Position numbers and translations under genes: made by a program. A stretch of 64,000 nt of DNA from Lepidodermella squamata (lineage: Eukaryota > Animalia > Gastrotricha): NCBI GenBank assembly GCA_047495785.1, contig JBLDXI010000020.1, forward strand, positions 186,001 to 250,000, given 5' to 3'. Below are positions 25,421 to 42,125 of the stretch, piece after piece; the stretch's first letter is position 1, and the number at the start of each line of letters is the position of its first letter. The notes beneath the pieces are model-generated. The model saw nothing but the letters and a program-made list of their open reading frames with translations. It did not search any database and had not been told where the DNA came from.

Positions 25421-27268
25421 GAGCGGGTGGGAAGTAACAGGTCAGCAAACTCATTTTTTGAGATTGCGAATTACAACCACAATTTCAAAATTCATACTTT
25501 GTCTATCACATCGCTAACCGTTCTGAATGTCGGATTTTTTAAATCACCGCGGAATAACTCGGAGGGAGCTTACCGGCGATTCGTCTGATCATGTCGTTGG
25601 GGATAAGCCGCTTAGAAACTCCAGTAGCAACAGTTTTTACGGTTTTTTCGTGAAGCGAAGGATACCCCACTCATGCAGAAGGACGTGATTCGGTCATTCA
25701 TGGACCCCTAAAATCGAGAAAGGGAGTGGCTGCCCTGGTACTGGTTGTAATGCTTTTTCACTCCACTTGATGGCACCAACATCGACTCGATCGGAGAAGT
25801 AAAAAAATCCTTCCCACTTGCGAACGACCGATTTTACGAGTTTCCGAGCGGCTAAACACCTAGGATATGATATTACCAGTCACATTTCGATCACAGTTTC
25901 ACTCGAAGTTTCGAGCGCATCCACGGCCATTCTCACTCCTTGATACTTTGGCCAATGGCCCAAGGGGCGTGGGCCATTTGAGTCAAGACCAGTTCAAGGT
26001 GATCTCAAGACATGCGGCAGTCTGTCACCTAATAGGAATTTTTAATTAATAAATATTTTTATAATACTGTTTCTTCATCAAATCATTTATAAAATAATTT
26101 CATATATCCTGAAAAATTCAAACGGCTGCGCGCGGCTCCCTTATTTTCCGAAGTTCGGATTTTCGGATTTCGCCCGAAAAGGCGCGGCCTTAGTCTCTTG
26201 CACTCAACGACTCTCGAAAAAAGTGATAAGTGCCTTATCCAGCATATCTTAAGGTAGAATTACCAAATTCGCTATTCTTTGTAGTACCTAGGGCTGCTAC
26301 TCTCTTTAACCCACAATGCTTTCTGCGGTCAGAACAGTAACGGTGTCAGGGAGTGGAAAATATTCCATCTCTAAAGATGTTAGGGCATGGAGCTTTTTCA
26401 GATCGTCTCTGCCGAAAACTTCTGCGGAAATAACTTCAATCCTCTCTTTACTCGTCTTATTTGAGAGTCCTGTATGATTCTGCATGCCTTCTGACTTCCG
26501 AGGGTGGTAAAGAGAGAAAACGTTGGCAAAAAACGTGTTGAGCTCTTGTCTCTTGTCTTCTGGAAAAATTAATTCATTGTTACCACCAACTTTTAGCATT
26601 TTCAGGTTATTGCTGTCGAGAAATTCACGTAGCCGTTAGCCTAATGCTCGCAATCCTCTGTCCTCGCGTGAAGGTCTTCAATCGCATGCATTTGTTGGGG
26701 TACTTGGCACAGAGATTATGTTATTTGGAGGTTCTAGTTTCGAAGAATATTTGCTCCCAGCCGCAGAACTTTATTGTCTTTTGTTGTCCCTTGGTAAAAT
26801 TATGTATTACTGCAATGTGAAGAACAGGCTGTCTCACTAATACAGGTTTTGCTGGTCTCGCTTGGTCTAAACGAGTTCATTTGATATCGACGTTCGGAGT
26901 ATTCGATATGAATATTATCTAGTCAGAAAATTCCACTATCTGTTTGATAAGAGGGATAAATGCCGACTTCTCACCTAGGATCTAGCATGATTAAATAGGT
27001 ATCCATTTTGGGGCGCGCGTGTGTGGTTTTACGATATTTGGGGATTCCTGAAGCTAGCGCTCCGCAAATTATATAGACTTAGTTCTCCCGCCGTGGATAT
27101 CTTCTTTATCGCGTATAGTAGGTCCTGAGGGTGCTAATCAAGGCTTTGAGCAATATAACTTTGTGGATTGAATTGATGAATCGAATGAAACATGCCTTTT
27201 TTGATTCTTTCTCTTTATTGAGTTCGAACTGAGCTTGGAGTGCATTTTTTCTATAGCTGTCATTTAAC

Positions 27269-29849
<2,581 letters not shown>

Positions 29850-32311
29850 GCTGTGGTTCTTCCGACCTCACTTCAAAGCTTTCATCCTTCTTATTAATCT
29901 ATATTCATTTCGCAAAGCTTTTCATTGATGCTTTTCATATTCAGCATTCCCTAACGTTACGATGAAATGCAATGAGGGTAGCTTTTTCTGTCGTATAACT
30001 ATATATTCGGTACGTGATTTTAAGCTCGAGTTACTTGTTGAACTCACAGTCACTTAGTAAATGTGTTACTGCTGTGTATATATAAGTCATTCAAATTAAT
30101 TTGCCAACCAAATCGTAACTGTTTTTTACTAGTGAACTTGACGTGCCGCGTCCAGAAGCACATGTTCCGTTCAAGTGCTGCGGATCACTCCATTTTAGCC
30201 GGTTTCCAACTTTACTCTATACGCTTGAAAAACGTCTGATTGATCTGAAGCTCGAATTCCTATTGATGTTCTGGATAGATCTTGTCTCCGACGGTAGCTC
30301 AAAAACGACTACATATATCGATTTATATTCGTCCATAAGTGATCTTATTTATTGTTCACATACTGAAGCGCGCACGATGTTTCTGGTTTTCACTTATCGG
30401 CTGTAATCCCGTTGAAGTGGTTACATCGCCTATTATAAAGCTCATATAAGCTTGATTGTAGCTGCAATATAGCTCTTATCAGTATTGATTATTAAAAGAT
30501 GACGCATTAAGATCGCGTTTCATTATTAATAAAGCCACATTGACTGAATTCGGCATTATTTTCCTCAGGAGATATCACTAACGGCATCTGGATTGATGAG
30601 TTGGACGTGTTGAGGCTGAAAATGTACGATGACACGTTGTCATGGGGATGAAGAGTTGGATTTCGCCTTCCTACCTTATGTTTAAAAACTATGTGTCAGT
30701 CATTATCTTTTCAGATAGGTAGCTGTGCGTATCTGGTCTGAAATATTGTCAAATTGAAAATTTGGACGAAAGTGACATTACTTGGAGAGGTGTGCGCGTT
30801 TTCGCATCCGATTTTAGCTTGAATAACAACGTAGAACATCGAAACTAGTAGCATCCGCCAACGGTAAAATGGCCCAAGTTGTCTCTGCGGAATCAACATT
30901 TCGATACTTATCGTTCGTGGCGCGAAAGAGCCAGGCAAAAAAAACTCGTGTACACAAGAGTACAGTATTCTTATTCTGTACATTCTGGTAAAGTTTTGCG
31001 AGCCGGAAATACAGCTGCCAAAAATAGACTGCGAGATCCGATATTTGGATCCAAATCATGGGTCTGTCCGAATTTCTTTCATTTCGGGTCAACGATGCGT
31101 CGTAGGGCGAAATGCCTGACGGCAAAATGTAGGCCATGACCCGAATTCTTGTGACACCGAATTTGGGGCCACAAGGTCTGAGCAGGTCTTTGAAAATGAC
31201 TGAAATAACGTCGAAATTTTGGATTAGAGCCAAAAATCAGACCCAAGAATTGGACCTAATTATTAGACCCAGATTATGGCGCAACTGTCGAAATTGCACT
31301 GTTTTTATACAAGTTGATTTCTGTGCAGGAGCCCCAAATTTCCAATCTTAGGCAATTCCATATTTTATAGTGACCTCTCAAACCGGGGCTCTCGGGCCCT
31401 GTTTTCATGGGTCGCCGAGCAAGCTGGGTGTCGCCTGATAATTTTCTTGAAACTACAAAATTTCAGAGATTTGGTATCTTCTGGTCACTCCTTGGTCATT
31501 GAAGACAAAGTGCTGGTTCTTCCGCGACACGAACTTTATGTAGCCAATTCGTCATTTGATCAACGCACAGACAATTTTGCAAGTCATTTCATTGGTGGTA
31601 GTAATTGTGCATTAATGAGCTATACCTACTAAAAAATGACACGGAATTTTGCTGCAGAACAGTGGTGGGTAATTGGTGCTTTTAGAGTAAAAACTGGCGT
31701 TTTAATCGTGCAGCTATGAATCATAGTAGTGCAGTCGCCGATGATTTTTTCTCTTAGCATCGCTAATCACACGCAATATCGTTAGTTCAAACCAGCAGCG
31801 AGGCAGGCAACATGGAGCACATCTCTCAAGACGTTGGCAAATGATTCACTTGATTTACGAAAAGGTTGACAATATAGCAGGCAAATTTGGACCACAAAAG
31901 CTGTTCCGTTTAAAATGCTTGATCGGTCTCCTATTCATTTTGAGGATGCTATTTTTTTCTTTAGCGAAAAGCGAGAGGGAGCTCGGACGGGAGAGCAACA
32001 GTTCATTCGCGGTTGATCTACAACTACGGCATGTATATTGCTAATTGCTATACATTCTGTATTAGTATAGCAAGGCGCAGGGTTGAGACATAAGTATATC
32101 GCGAGATAGGCGATAGTACGACCTGCCTAAAAATAGAACCGAATGGCGGAAAATACTTTTTGCCTCTTCACCAAGTCAGTCGCATGCCGGAAAAAACTGA
32201 GCTCCAGTTGTTTCTGTGCATCAAAAGCATTAGGTACGCATTGTTTGACTTTTAGGCTTTGTTTTTGTTTTGTTTGACTTTTAGGCAGGTCATCGTTCTG
32301 TCGCTCACCCC

Positions 32312-32361
32312 GCGATATACTTGGGACTAATAGAGATCTCTATTAGTCCCAAGGCGATATA
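32312..32361. mobile_element. 34-bp perfect palindrome (32320-32353) flanked by an 8-bp direct repeat; probable minimal TIR element
   Basis: gcgatata|cttgggactaatagaga tctctattagtcccaag|gcgatata. Confidence 0.7.
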
Positions 32362-33155
32362 CGGCTGACTATAAATCAGCGTGCTGATACTTTTCAACAT
32401 GTTCGCTTAGCTATGCGGCTAGCTTTTAAGGCGTCATGATATTGATCCGGCTGGCCAAGAGCCACCTATAGAATGCCTGAAATGAGTTTTCGCCGGGTCG
32501 CCTTGTGAAATATGCAGCAGTGAAATAGGCCCTATTTAACTTCTGCGTTGCGTAGACAGTCTCGTAAGTAATACTGTAACATTTTAATATATTTTCATTT
32601 CATGCAAGTTGTCTCGCGACATTTAGCAATTAGTTGAGTCGAGGCTAAAATGGCTCTGAATATTTACGGCAATGCCTGAATGCACGGAAACTAGCGGCTG
32701 CATTTTTTTCTTTTTTAGAGCTTCCAAACTTGGATATCATGCTCTTTAAATAAAGTAAAATATAAAATAAATACTGTCCTAGTTCACAATCAATACACTT
32801 CTCATAAATTTTACGAAGTATTACGATTCCACGCCGCACGCACATGACGCGCAAATGAGAATTGATAACTCATTTCTCGATCTTTCCCATTATAACCGCA
32901 AGGCTCGGCAAGCGAAAGTGTTTCGATATAGTGAACAATTACGAAATTTAACCGTCCTCTTTGTTCAGGTATAGCTTATGTCAGATATAGCTAGATCGTG
33001 CAGAAACCGAGGAAACCGACGCATCTCTAAGGATAACATTCCTAATTTTCGAAGTCTCACATGTGTCATTTGCCATCCTTCAAACAAAATTCATATGGGA
33101 AAGCAGCCATTTAGTAGCATTTCTGGGCCGTATTAGATCAAAGCCAATCTAGTTG

Positions 33156-33222
33156 TTGCTCGCGAAAAATTAGAAAAAGCTCGCGGAAAAGCATTGCGCA
33201 GTGTCTAATTTTTCGCGAGCAA
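33156..33222. repeat. 19-bp inverted repeat (possible MITE remnant)
   Basis: ttgctcgcgaaaaattaga ... tctaatttttcgcgagcaa. Confidence 0.5.
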
Positions 33223-34140
33223 ACAGGCCCAAATCTTGGCGCGATATTCACTAGAGCTACGAGCGAAAAACTGTTTTGAAGCGTGGAGAGAACGCAGACA
33301 TGTGAATGGATCAATACAGACTATCTAGATTATAAAAGGCGGAGAGCATACATGAGACCGTACCACCCCAGCGAGCTGGCGCCAGCGCTGGTCGCTGGGC
33401 ACCTGGAGCCGAACGGCTTTAGAAGTTTACATATGCAGCAAAAATAATATAATTTTTGGAATATATTTATAATTGTGTTTAAATTGATTTTCCCTATTTA
33501 TAATTTTGACCTTGACTGGCAACGCGCTCGGAGGAGCTCAGCTGTTTTGAAGTCCTGATGGTGTTTTCAAGTGGGATAATCACCTCGTACCACGTGAAAT
33601 GGAGTTGGCATGGAGTCAGAACTCAGAAATCTTTAACTTGCGGTGGTTTTTCATGTTCGGTAGCTAATTTAGCTTCGGATTGGTTCGAAATTCGAAATTC
33701 GGCTCAAAACGAGGCAAGGTTAGAACGTATCAGCAGCTCTTTTCGATAACATCTTACCTCAATCTATTTCGGTTGTTAAATGGCCCATCCATTATCCGCT
33801 GCCAGCTTGAAAGTATTTACGCCCCTGACATTGGTGTCTATTTTAAACCATGCGCAATAAATATCGCGATTCACCTTTTCGAGAAGACGATAATTACCTT
33901 TATTGCTTGTTACGATCTCTATATCTATGTTTACTTGTCTCTGTTTACGATCTATTGCTGTTTGCAGCTCAGGGCTTTGTGACAAGCCCTTGTGACAGCT
34001 TGTGACAAGCCCTGAGCTTTTGCCACTTGCCAGGTTCTTTGCTGTTTACTGCCACTTGTCTGCAATTCCTCTTAAAAAATACATGCTGTTGCATTGTATT
34101 CTTGTTTTGATCTGTATGTAGTTGGAATAATCTAACAGAT

Positions 34141-35848
34141 ATGCAAAGTGATACGCTCAATGAGGCCAATGATGTTGGCAAAGGGGATATCGACGGAGAG
34201 GAAGAGCCAGCTTTGCCCTTTGTCTTGCAGCGTCGAATTAAGGCGCTGAAAAAATTGCAAAACGAATGGGCGAAGCTTGAAGTCAAATTTTGCGACGAAG
34301 TGCACAAGCTAGAAACTAAATATGCCCAGCTAGCACAACCGCTTTTCGACAAACGGCGAGATATTGTTCGAGGCACTGTTGAACCCTCCGATGCCGATTG
34401 CGATTGGGTGGACGAGGACGAAGTCGAGGAGGCTCGTCAGCGCATCGACAATGTCACTTTGACTGGTGAACAAGGTGACAGCAAAGCTTTGGATCAAGCT
34501 ATCGTTGGAATTCCCGGCTTCTGGCTTCAAGTTTTTCGAAACATTGATGCTCTGTCGGAGATGATCCAGGTATTGAAGTTACATATATAATTATTCCTAC
34601 TATATTGAATCGGGTTCGGCTTCCAGGAACACGACGAACCTATCCTTCGCCATCTTGAAGATGTTCGAGTCCAATACAACCAGAATCCCCCTGGTTTCAC
34701 ATTGGAATTTTACTTTTCTCAAAACGAGTACTTCACAAACACCGTTCTCACAAAATATTACGAATATGACGACAAGCCGCCAGCTAACATTTTAGACTAC
34801 GAGGGCCCTCAGATCAAGCTTTGCCGTGGAAGTCAGATCAACTGGCACAAAAATAAGAATGTTACAGTGAAATTGGTGAAAAAGCGCCAGAAGCACAAGG
34901 GCCATGGTCAAACTCGTGTCGTAACCAAAACTGTTCAGAACGACAGGTAAATCATTTATCAACCGTAAATGTGGAAAAAATCCTATCTTTTGATACCGTC
35001 AAAGCTTTTTCAACTTTTTCAATCCTCCCGCTGTTCCCACCACACCCGATGAAGAACTCGACGATGAGACATTGGACCTTCTCGATGCTGATTATGACAT
35101 AGGCCAGCTCATTCGCGATCGCCTGATCAATCGCGCGGTTCTTATTTTCAGTAGGTGAATTTCATAACAAGGTATCATGTTTAAGGATTTTGCCATTTAT
35201 AGCCGGTGAATATCTTGATGATGACGAGGACGAGGACGACATGTACGGCGAAGGTGAATATGAGGAAGGCGAAGAGGATGAAGAAGAAGAGGCCGAGGAG
35301 GTAAGAATTAGCGAAATGCATGTTGTTATTCTTCAATGTCGTTCTTTAAAGGAGGAGGAAGAAGAAGGCACCCATCGTCGTCGTGGAGCGAGTGGTTCAC
35401 GGGGAGGAAAACATCAGCACAGGCGCAACGGACCTGGCGGACCGGGCGCTGCTGAGAAAGTGTGTATGTTAGAAAATACTGTTTGCACATCTAAGGATTT
35501 CAAGGCACGCTACAACTTCAAGTACACCCAAATTGTAACTGCAAGCTCAGTATAGCTTCGATTTTGAAGCACTTTTCAACATTTACCTAATCCTACTACG
35601 TATTTTAGACAACACCCGCATTTTCCTCTAACTTACCTTAATAATTATAGCTTAAATAAACTCTTTTCCACTGTATTTCGAACGCTTGACTAACCACGCG
35701 GGTATTTTGTCATGGTTCTCTAGGGAAATTAAAATTGAGCAATTGCTATTATTATCTTTTCTTATTGCAGAAAAATCTTCTTGGTACATCGCCTGGCTCC
35801 GCTCCCAACGGATCGAACGCTAAACCACCAGAATGCCAGCAACAGTAA
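34141..35848 (+). CDS. NAP1L1: Nucleosome assembly protein 1-like
   Basis: RRIKALKKLQ, GIPGFWL, EHDEPIL, FYFSQNEYFTNTVLTK, INWHKNKNVTVK..KKRQKHKG, SFFNFF, an acidic tail and the C-terminal ECQQQ-stop typical of NAP1L1/4. An upstream coding exon cannot be excluded. Confidence 0.93.
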
Positions 35849-36188
35849 ATAGCTTACTTAAAACCGGACGACGCCTGATTTCACGATGACTCGGTGATGT
35901 GAGATTTATAATTCGTGGTGTTAGTGTGCATGACTGCAATTTCCATGTGTTTCCTTGGATATGGCTGCTACCGGTTTAATGTGTATTGTTCGTTAAGATG
36001 TAGCAAAATACCTAAGCTGATGCTTAAAACTATACGAAATTCGGAGGGTTTGAAGCTGATAGTGGTTTTGTTTGGACGTTGGTGATGTGACAGCTCGAAG
36101 CTTGATATATCCTGTGAAAATATGTTTTTGGTACGGAGGTAATGCCGGTTTGTGCAGACCATTCAAATAATAAAAAGTGGAAAGATGG

Positions 36189-38049
36189 TCATTTATTTTG
36201 TCTCGCTACCATATCGCGGTGATTCTTTTCTGCCCAACTTATCTTGGACCATCTGAAGCATTCCAGATTTTTCTTTGAATTAATTCTCGATTGATGACCG
36301 TCATATGATTGAATTCTATGAGAAATTGGGTCATGTAATAGCTATGCCTAAAAGAGCCGAATCAACCCCAGGCAACGGGCAAACGTCATTTGCAAGTAAT
36401 TTTTCCGAGATCAGGTTCCTCAGAATCGACAAACAATTAAATCCAAAGAATTCTGTTTTCTTGGCAGCTTTTTCCTCAAGTTTTTCAAGTTCAAGCAATA
36501 TAAGATTCTCAGCGACAGAAATGATCTTGGAACCACGGGAAATCAAGTGACGGTACAACATGTATCGATCGCAGATCCTCGGACCGGGAAGGTGCGCTTT
36601 CACATCATCTAGGATGTCACAGCGCCATAACAATTTCTACGGGGTTCCTTGCTCTGTTTGACATGTGATTGAATTTGATTTGGCGCCTATTTCCATACCT
36701 GCTGTAAATGACTTCATAACGGTTCGAATACCCGCACACAAATCAAGGAATCATCGTAAAAATGGTCGCCATAGCTAATACACGCCGACAGCATGCCGAT
36801 AAGCGTGAATTTATCTTAAACTGCAAACTAGTAAACTGCAAAACTTAGTTCAAACTCTGGAAATCAGCTTTTCGGGCTCCAAAATGATAAAACAAAAAAT
36901 GTTGCGGAAAGTTTTGGGGCCAAAGTTCTGAAGCCAGACCTAATCAACAGCCAGTGCGCCGTCTACAAGTTCAAAAGTGGGCCATGTTGCACTGGCTATA
37001 TCGGACTGGCTATCAAATGAGAGAGAAACCGATTTATTGATGGTCTGTGTGATGGGCATTTACAGTAACATTGCCTTTAAATTATAGTGCAATTCATAAT
37101 TTTGTTTTTGAGTTTATGTGTTGTGATTTCCTTATACCAGATTATATCTTGTTTCTTGTTAATAAAAATAGCAAAAATTCTCTGCCGATCCGTTTCTTAA
37201 TTAAAGTATACCCTACACGTGCTTTCATCATGGCTTTCATATCAACATCTAAAACAAACAAAAAATAAAAAGCGAAAATCCGAGCATTGAAAGTTTGGTG
37301 GCTGCAACGTAAAACGGCTGTTCCCACATGGTTGGTTATTTTTTGCTTCAATGGAAAATGTGATTCCGCCCGGTGTTTCCGCCCGGTGATTCCGCCCGCT
37401 CACGCGTTTTAAGGTGGATCTTTTATTTTTAATTTCGGTTAAAATCCAAATAACTGAATTACTGGGCGAACCAGACTCCATTCAGGGATTGCACTAGCAA
37501 AGCAAAGGTTTGAACCAAAGAAAGCATTTTAACAAAAACCATTTTTATTGGACAATAATACTGTGGGAGAGCTTATAACAATCGTCAGTTCTGGATGTAC
37601 CATGCACCGTGCAGTTAATTACTTGACAACTTGGCGTCGACCGTGAAATGGCGTGATTCAAACCGGTCTTTGACAGGACTTGACAGGATCACAGCCCAAC
37701 AATACCAATGCCGTCGCTTCGCATACAGATTTTCCACCGAAACTCGTTGAACAGCATAGAGCATAGTCGGCGTATCGTTTCCTGGAATTTTGCACCGTGC
37801 TAATCGTCTCAAACGCCAATTCTTCGATGTATTGTTGCAGCAACGCCTTCAAAGTCATCGCCGTCATCGCCGTCGGATTGAACGCTGGAATCTGATCGGC
37901 CAGACGAAATTTCGGCATTTGCTGTAGCAGCTCGATATCTTGAGCATTGCGGTTTTCACGCGCTGATTGGTGTTGCTCAGACTATGCAACAGCCATATAC
38001 ATTTGGTTAGAATCGACTGCGTTTCCGAGGATTAAATCGCCGATGCCAT
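36189..38049 (-). pseudogene. Probable disrupted gene of unknown family
   Basis: ORFs 37918-37658 and 37812-37615 join if a 10-bp tandem duplication (37670-37688) is removed. The next exon has an in-frame TAG (36639-36637) just upstream of ORF 36633-36331. A minus-strand AATAAA lies at 36192-36197. Confidence 0.4.
37359..37398. repeat. Short tandem repeat, 13-bp unit x3 (gtgattccgcccg)
   Basis: gtgattccgcccg gtgtttccgcccg gtgattccgcccg. Confidence 0.6.
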
Positions 38050-39129
38050 GCGTGGTTTCCACCAAAAAAGAATTCAGAGCAAAAATCGATTTAAAAAGGA
38101 ATGAAACAAAAGGAATTTGTTAAACGATTTTTTAAGGTTGATTTTTTAATTTCAAGAAAATTATTGTTATAAGACACCAGGGGTATGAGTGTTTAGGCAT
38201 TCTATCCAGATTTCCAGTGGAAAATTGGGTTTTTTGTGGGGAAATAACCAACAATGTGGGAACAGGAATCCTAAACTTGTGTTTCGGGCATAAACTCGAT
38301 TTCAGCCCTTGAAAATACCCTCGGGCTTCGCTTCGCTACGCCCTCGGGCATTTTCAGCGGGCCGAAATCTCGTTTCTGCCCTCAACACCGTTAAGGATTC
38401 CTTAATTTCTCGATTTTCGCCAGAACCCCAATCCCCAATGCGAACTATCTCATGTTCACAGCGATACCGGGGCTGGCACATTACGTGATATTGTCTCTTG
38501 GCAAGGTGGTACTGGGCTGCTGCAGACGTTAGACTTGTGAATACATTGCGAAATACAAAAATATTAATTGCACCCGTCAGGTATATCCAACTGATCCAAT
38601 TGCACAAAACCTAGGATCGGCATTCATTAGTTGATGTAGATATATATGGTGAGCAAAGGAGGACCAAGAGGAACACCATATACTTAATTGGATAGTGGCG
38701 ACGAGGAGGTATATCCGTCTAGCTACGGTTTGATAAATAATTCGTAATTCGTGAACCGTTTAAGGGCTTCGGGTCCTAGCCGAACGAGAGGAGTGATTCG
38801 ATAAAAAGTAAACCAAAAGCGTTTAACAAATCAAGGCCGGAAGTGGCGGTGTACTTGATATGTGCTGCATCCATACGAGCTACTTATCAGTGAGTGATAT
38901 CCGACAACCGCTCATCGAGTGCTGTTTACGAAAACCAAACTAGTTTTAGCTGTTCAGAAGCTGTTCGGGTGAGCAGCAATTATTGCTCGCCAAGGCTAAG
39001 GCAGCGTTCTAAGAGCTTCAGACTCCCACGTAAGATCGAGATCGGTCCGTAGTTAACTTGGGCAGTGCTCTCGCAAATATAAATGCAAGGATACCATTAT
39101 TGCCTGCAGTTTTCTTTTAAATTTTCAAT

Positions 39130-40030
39130 AAAATCGTTGTTCGATCGCGAAGCTTGAAAGCTCATTCCTCATTCCCGGATGCGCATCGCAGCAAGAGTTG
39201 GTAACAGCATTACGCAAAGCGGCGTCGGTCAGTCGATCTTGTTGTGTGGTTGTTCTTCCAGCTTTATTCTCGTCAGATTTTTCATTATGGTCTTTATAGC
39301 TTTGTAGCACGTGAGTCTCCAGTTCGGGACCCTAGGTTGACCTTGATGGATCATATCCCTTTCCGTCCAGTTGTGCTGTATTCAGCTCCCAGCGAAGATC
39401 AGGCTGTCTGCTTATTCAAAGGCGTAGCAGCAAGCCACGCTTGATTTCATGCGTGAGCAGGTCTAATGCGATGGCGAAGGGCGAGCGGAAGAATAAGCTC
39501 AACGCCACTTTTGAGCACTAGCTCGTTTACAATCCGAACTGAAATTGCACTGCGTGAAAAACTAAATGAGTTTTCCTTATTTTATTTAACATGCAAAGTA
39601 GTATGCATGCTATGCTCAAGTCCGCAACGGTACTTGATCGGCAAGAACGCTTCTACAAAGCGACCGGCGTCGGCCTACAACCACTGAAAAAACTTCGGTT
39701 TGTGGGCATCATGGCGTATCTACACAAGGTCATCTTTGTACGCCGAGGCACACCCCAGCTGCGGTTGAGGTTCGAAATCCTCGAGCCAAGAAGAGTTACG
39801 CGAACGCTTCGGGGCTCGCTTCCACAACACCAATACCAGTTGCGACTACCAGCGCCGTGGCAAAGTGCGGTTCGACAAATATCAGGTACCGAGATCGAGC
39901 CACTACAACGTTAAAATGACATCCTCACAGCCTGGAACAACCTGCCCGCCAGATGCTTTTCCGAAAGCACAGACAGTGACTTTTTCAAAATTCGGATGAA
40001 CTCCCTGGGCCTTAGTCTTTGATTAAAGCT
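39130..40030 (+). mobile_element. Degenerate 3' fragment of a non-LTR retrotransposon (CR1/L2/Jockey-type ORF2 C-terminus)
   Basis: Frameshifted pieces VRDPRLTLMDHIPF (cf. VRDLG), LQPLKKLRF...YLHKV and LTAWNNLPARCFSESTDSDFFKIRMNSL (the WNxLP...FK terminal motif of LINE ORF2). Confidence 0.6.
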
Positions 40031-42010
40031 GAAAATATTCGATAAACAAAAAAAAGCCTCGTGGATGTACCTCTTATGAATTATCTCTACTCTTGTAAAC
40101 CATTTTCCAGACATGCCTTTTGGTAGCTATCTTGCTACGCCGGCGTTTGAAGGCTCCGCCGACGAGTGAGTGGAAAAGGCAATTAGGTGTGTACAAATGC
40201 CTGAGCCCTGGAGAAACAGTCATCAATGACTGGAGTACTAGGGATGGGACATCAGACCCAAGTAGTTCAGTAAAGTAGACTTAAATTTTCATAGAAGACG
40301 AGCGGTGCGATTTTCTTACCAGCTTCGCCGTATGTCCAAAAGACAGCGAGGGGAAGTCATAAATTCTATATCGTGATCGTGATTATTCGCTCGACGATAT
40401 TATTGTTGCAAGCATTGAAGGTACTTTTTCTTTGTTTCTTTGTGACGGCGAATAAGAAGAAGAATGACCAACGTCGAAAATCGCAAAATTGCAATTTTTC
40501 TTGAAAAATAGACTGCCGCAAATCATTGCGAATTTCGCATAAACTATTTTCCAGTCATGTTCTTATGAATTTTTAAAAAACTCATCTAGTGAATTTTAAT
40601 TAATAAAAGTCATTCTCAGGGAAACTGGGGTTATTAGTTTTCTTTCCGCGCGGCTTGAGCGCCCCGAGAGGACATGCTGGGATGGACGGGTCCCCAGCGC
40701 GTGCCAGGTTTTGTCTTGCGTTATTGGGCCGGCTGCCAACTGACTGTGGTTCATGGGTCATCGTCGTTCCCCGGGGGACATCCCGTTATTCCTGAGCTCA
40801 GCCATTCCAGGCTAGCAAGCTTTCATCGATTTTGGAAAGTCCTGGTGTTTCTTGTTTCATATTTCATATCGTTTATTGGTGCGTTTGGACTCATACTTTG
40901 GTTCATATGAGCCCTTAAACACAAGGTGTCAATTATCAATTCTATATCAATTAATATTTTTTATTAGTCTTTTGCATTCCAACAATGTCTGGAGGTATTG
41001 TCTTTGGGAAACAAGGGACGAAATTTTGTCCGTATCGTTAAGGAGTTTTAATCTAGGTTTCTACGGCCTTCGGTTGTCTATTTTCTGCGACATAAGAATG
41101 AAGAAAACTGTTGGTGATCAGTGGTCACAGTGTAACCTAACCAGAATTCACAAGGATTATAGTCCATGAATAAGTATGTTCAAAAAACTTCAGTAGCACG
41201 GAAAGCTCTCTGGTTTTCCCCTATTAAGCTATAAGTACAGCACCCTGTTTTTATCTGGTCTCTTTTCATATAGGTATCAAACATCACGTTTAAGCCGAGC
41301 AGGTGAATTAACCAGCCATTAGAATCGAAAAGTTCGACTGGTATTTCTCAATCCTTTTTCTCAATGGTTTTATGCTTAACTCGTGTCATGTGTTCAAGGG
41401 CACAACAGCATTGAATGTTAAAAGGAGATTATATGCAAATCAGGCAAACATTTGCAGTCAAAGTTTGTCATAATTCCATTGGTGTAATTTTATTGGTTAT
41501 TGGTGACATAAAGACCCCTCCTTGACGATCATTTTTATTTTCCCAGCTAAGTAATTTATCTATCTTTAATCTTGAACTTTTTGAGTATTCCGAGAAGGCA
41601 GAAAACGTCTTTCTCAAGGGTCTCAGATCACCCCAGTAACGTGCCGAAATCCCTAAAATTATAACCGAATTAAGTTTGCGTGCGAAATCTCATTCATACC
41701 GAGAGCGACGGGTTTGACTTGGGATGAAATCTGTTTTGATCCAAGTTCGCTGAAAATTGTCAGAAGATGGCTTCCGCTCATGTGGAGGTTGTTATTGTAG
41801 CTTATTTGGAAGTTTTTTGAAATAACTCATATCTAAGATTGATCAAAGTTGAAAGTTATTGACCAATCATAGCCTTTGGTCAATAAATAGTGCGGTTATA
41901 GCATCTGTGAATGCTCCTGACCACTGAACCCTGGCGTTGTCCTGATCACGGCTGGATGGCATTTTAATTCTTTGAACTCGGGAGTATTATTGATTTGTGA
42001 CATTGGTATT

Positions 42011-42125
42011 TACCGTAAAATCCGAAATAAGAGCGCAGGGGCTTATATTTTCAAAGCAACTGAAAACTGGGGGCTTAATACGGGAGAGGAGCAATTGTAG
42101 GCTGTGGTCTTATTTATTCAAATTC
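42011..42125 (+). mobile_element. Possible pogo/Tigger-like MITE remnant
   Basis: TA-CCGTAAAATCCG start followed by internal ggggctta repeats. The right end was not identified. Confidence 0.3.

Noticed and set aside
26306-26640. 97-aa minus-strand ORF with a faint leucine-rich-repeat flavour
   Set aside because: No convincing exon chain or family motif could be built.
31020-31290. Loosely repetitive segment considered as a CRISPR-like or spaced array
   Set aside because: Eukaryotic context, with no constant repeat or spacer lengths. Likely MITE subrepeats.
36637-36639. In-frame TAG as evidence for a variant genetic code
   Set aside because: Conserved genes in the window use TAA, TGA and TAG as normal stops and have no internal stops.
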